Positions 63,757 to 64,000 of a stretch of DNA of 64,000 nucleotides are shown piece after piece. The position numbers and the translations under genes are program-made. Below the pieces are notes generated by a model. It was not told the origin of the DNA. It saw only the letters and a list, made by a program, of their open reading frames with translations, and made no database searches. This DNA is from Epiperipatus broadwayi (Eukaryota; Animalia; Onychophora): positions 17,050,001 through 17,114,000 of the forward strand of contig JAQFVV010000007.1 in NCBI GenBank assembly GCA_028023455.1, in the 5' to 3' direction. The first letter of the stretch is position 1. Each line of letters starts with the position of its first letter.

Positions 63757-63865
63757 TTTTTTAAATCCCAAAAAATTCAAAAATCTGAAAGTTTTTGTAA
63801 ACGGGATTTCTATTTTTTAAATTCCAAAAAAATTTAAAAATCTGAAAGGTTTTGGAAATGGAATA
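63757..63865 (+). repeat. ~57-bp tandem duplication
   Basis: tattttttaaat(c/t)ccaaaaaa..t(c/t)aaaaatctgaaag(t/g)tttt occurs twice. Confidence 0.7.
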
Positions 63866-64000
63866 TCGGTAACGTGTTTAACCTATAATGTCTTTTAGTC
63901 AAAAAAATTTTTAATCAATAAATCTTCTCTTGGGAAGATTTTATCATGTACAGTATATAATAAATTTCATTCAGGTTTTTTAAAAAGTTTTTAAAAAGCA

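Overview
Very AT-rich eukaryotic DNA, probably from an invertebrate animal (taxon not determinable), and dominated by decayed transposable elements. These include a near-intact RTE-clade LINE (~31.0-34.2 kb), a degenerate APE-RT LINE split by a 1.9-kb insertion (10.6-16.3 kb), two Penelope-like (RT/GIY-YIG) remnants, mariner, piggyBac, Gypsy-integrase and Merlin-like fragments, tRNA-derived SINEs and a NOG1/GTPBP4 pseudogene. The only convincing host CDS is a 209-aa secreted-looking protein (56789-57418) with an eclosion-hormone-like six-cysteine C-terminus. The main unannotated signal is a set of four sequence-distinct short non-coding repeat families, labelled A, B, D and E here. Families B, D and E carry type I hammerhead ribozyme motifs (CUGANGA / stem II / GAAA / palindromic stem III / NUH); family A carries a decayed, less certain version. 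They are repeatedly inserted as diverging inverted (fold-back) units, six of which are flanked by 11-14 bp direct repeats. The clearest case is a 990-bp inverted-plus-tandem array (36780-37769) with three hammerheads; the two tandem ones are exactly 402 nt apart. This fits non-autonomous, Penelope-mobilised, retrozyme-like elements. All folds and alignments were done by eye; no searches were run.
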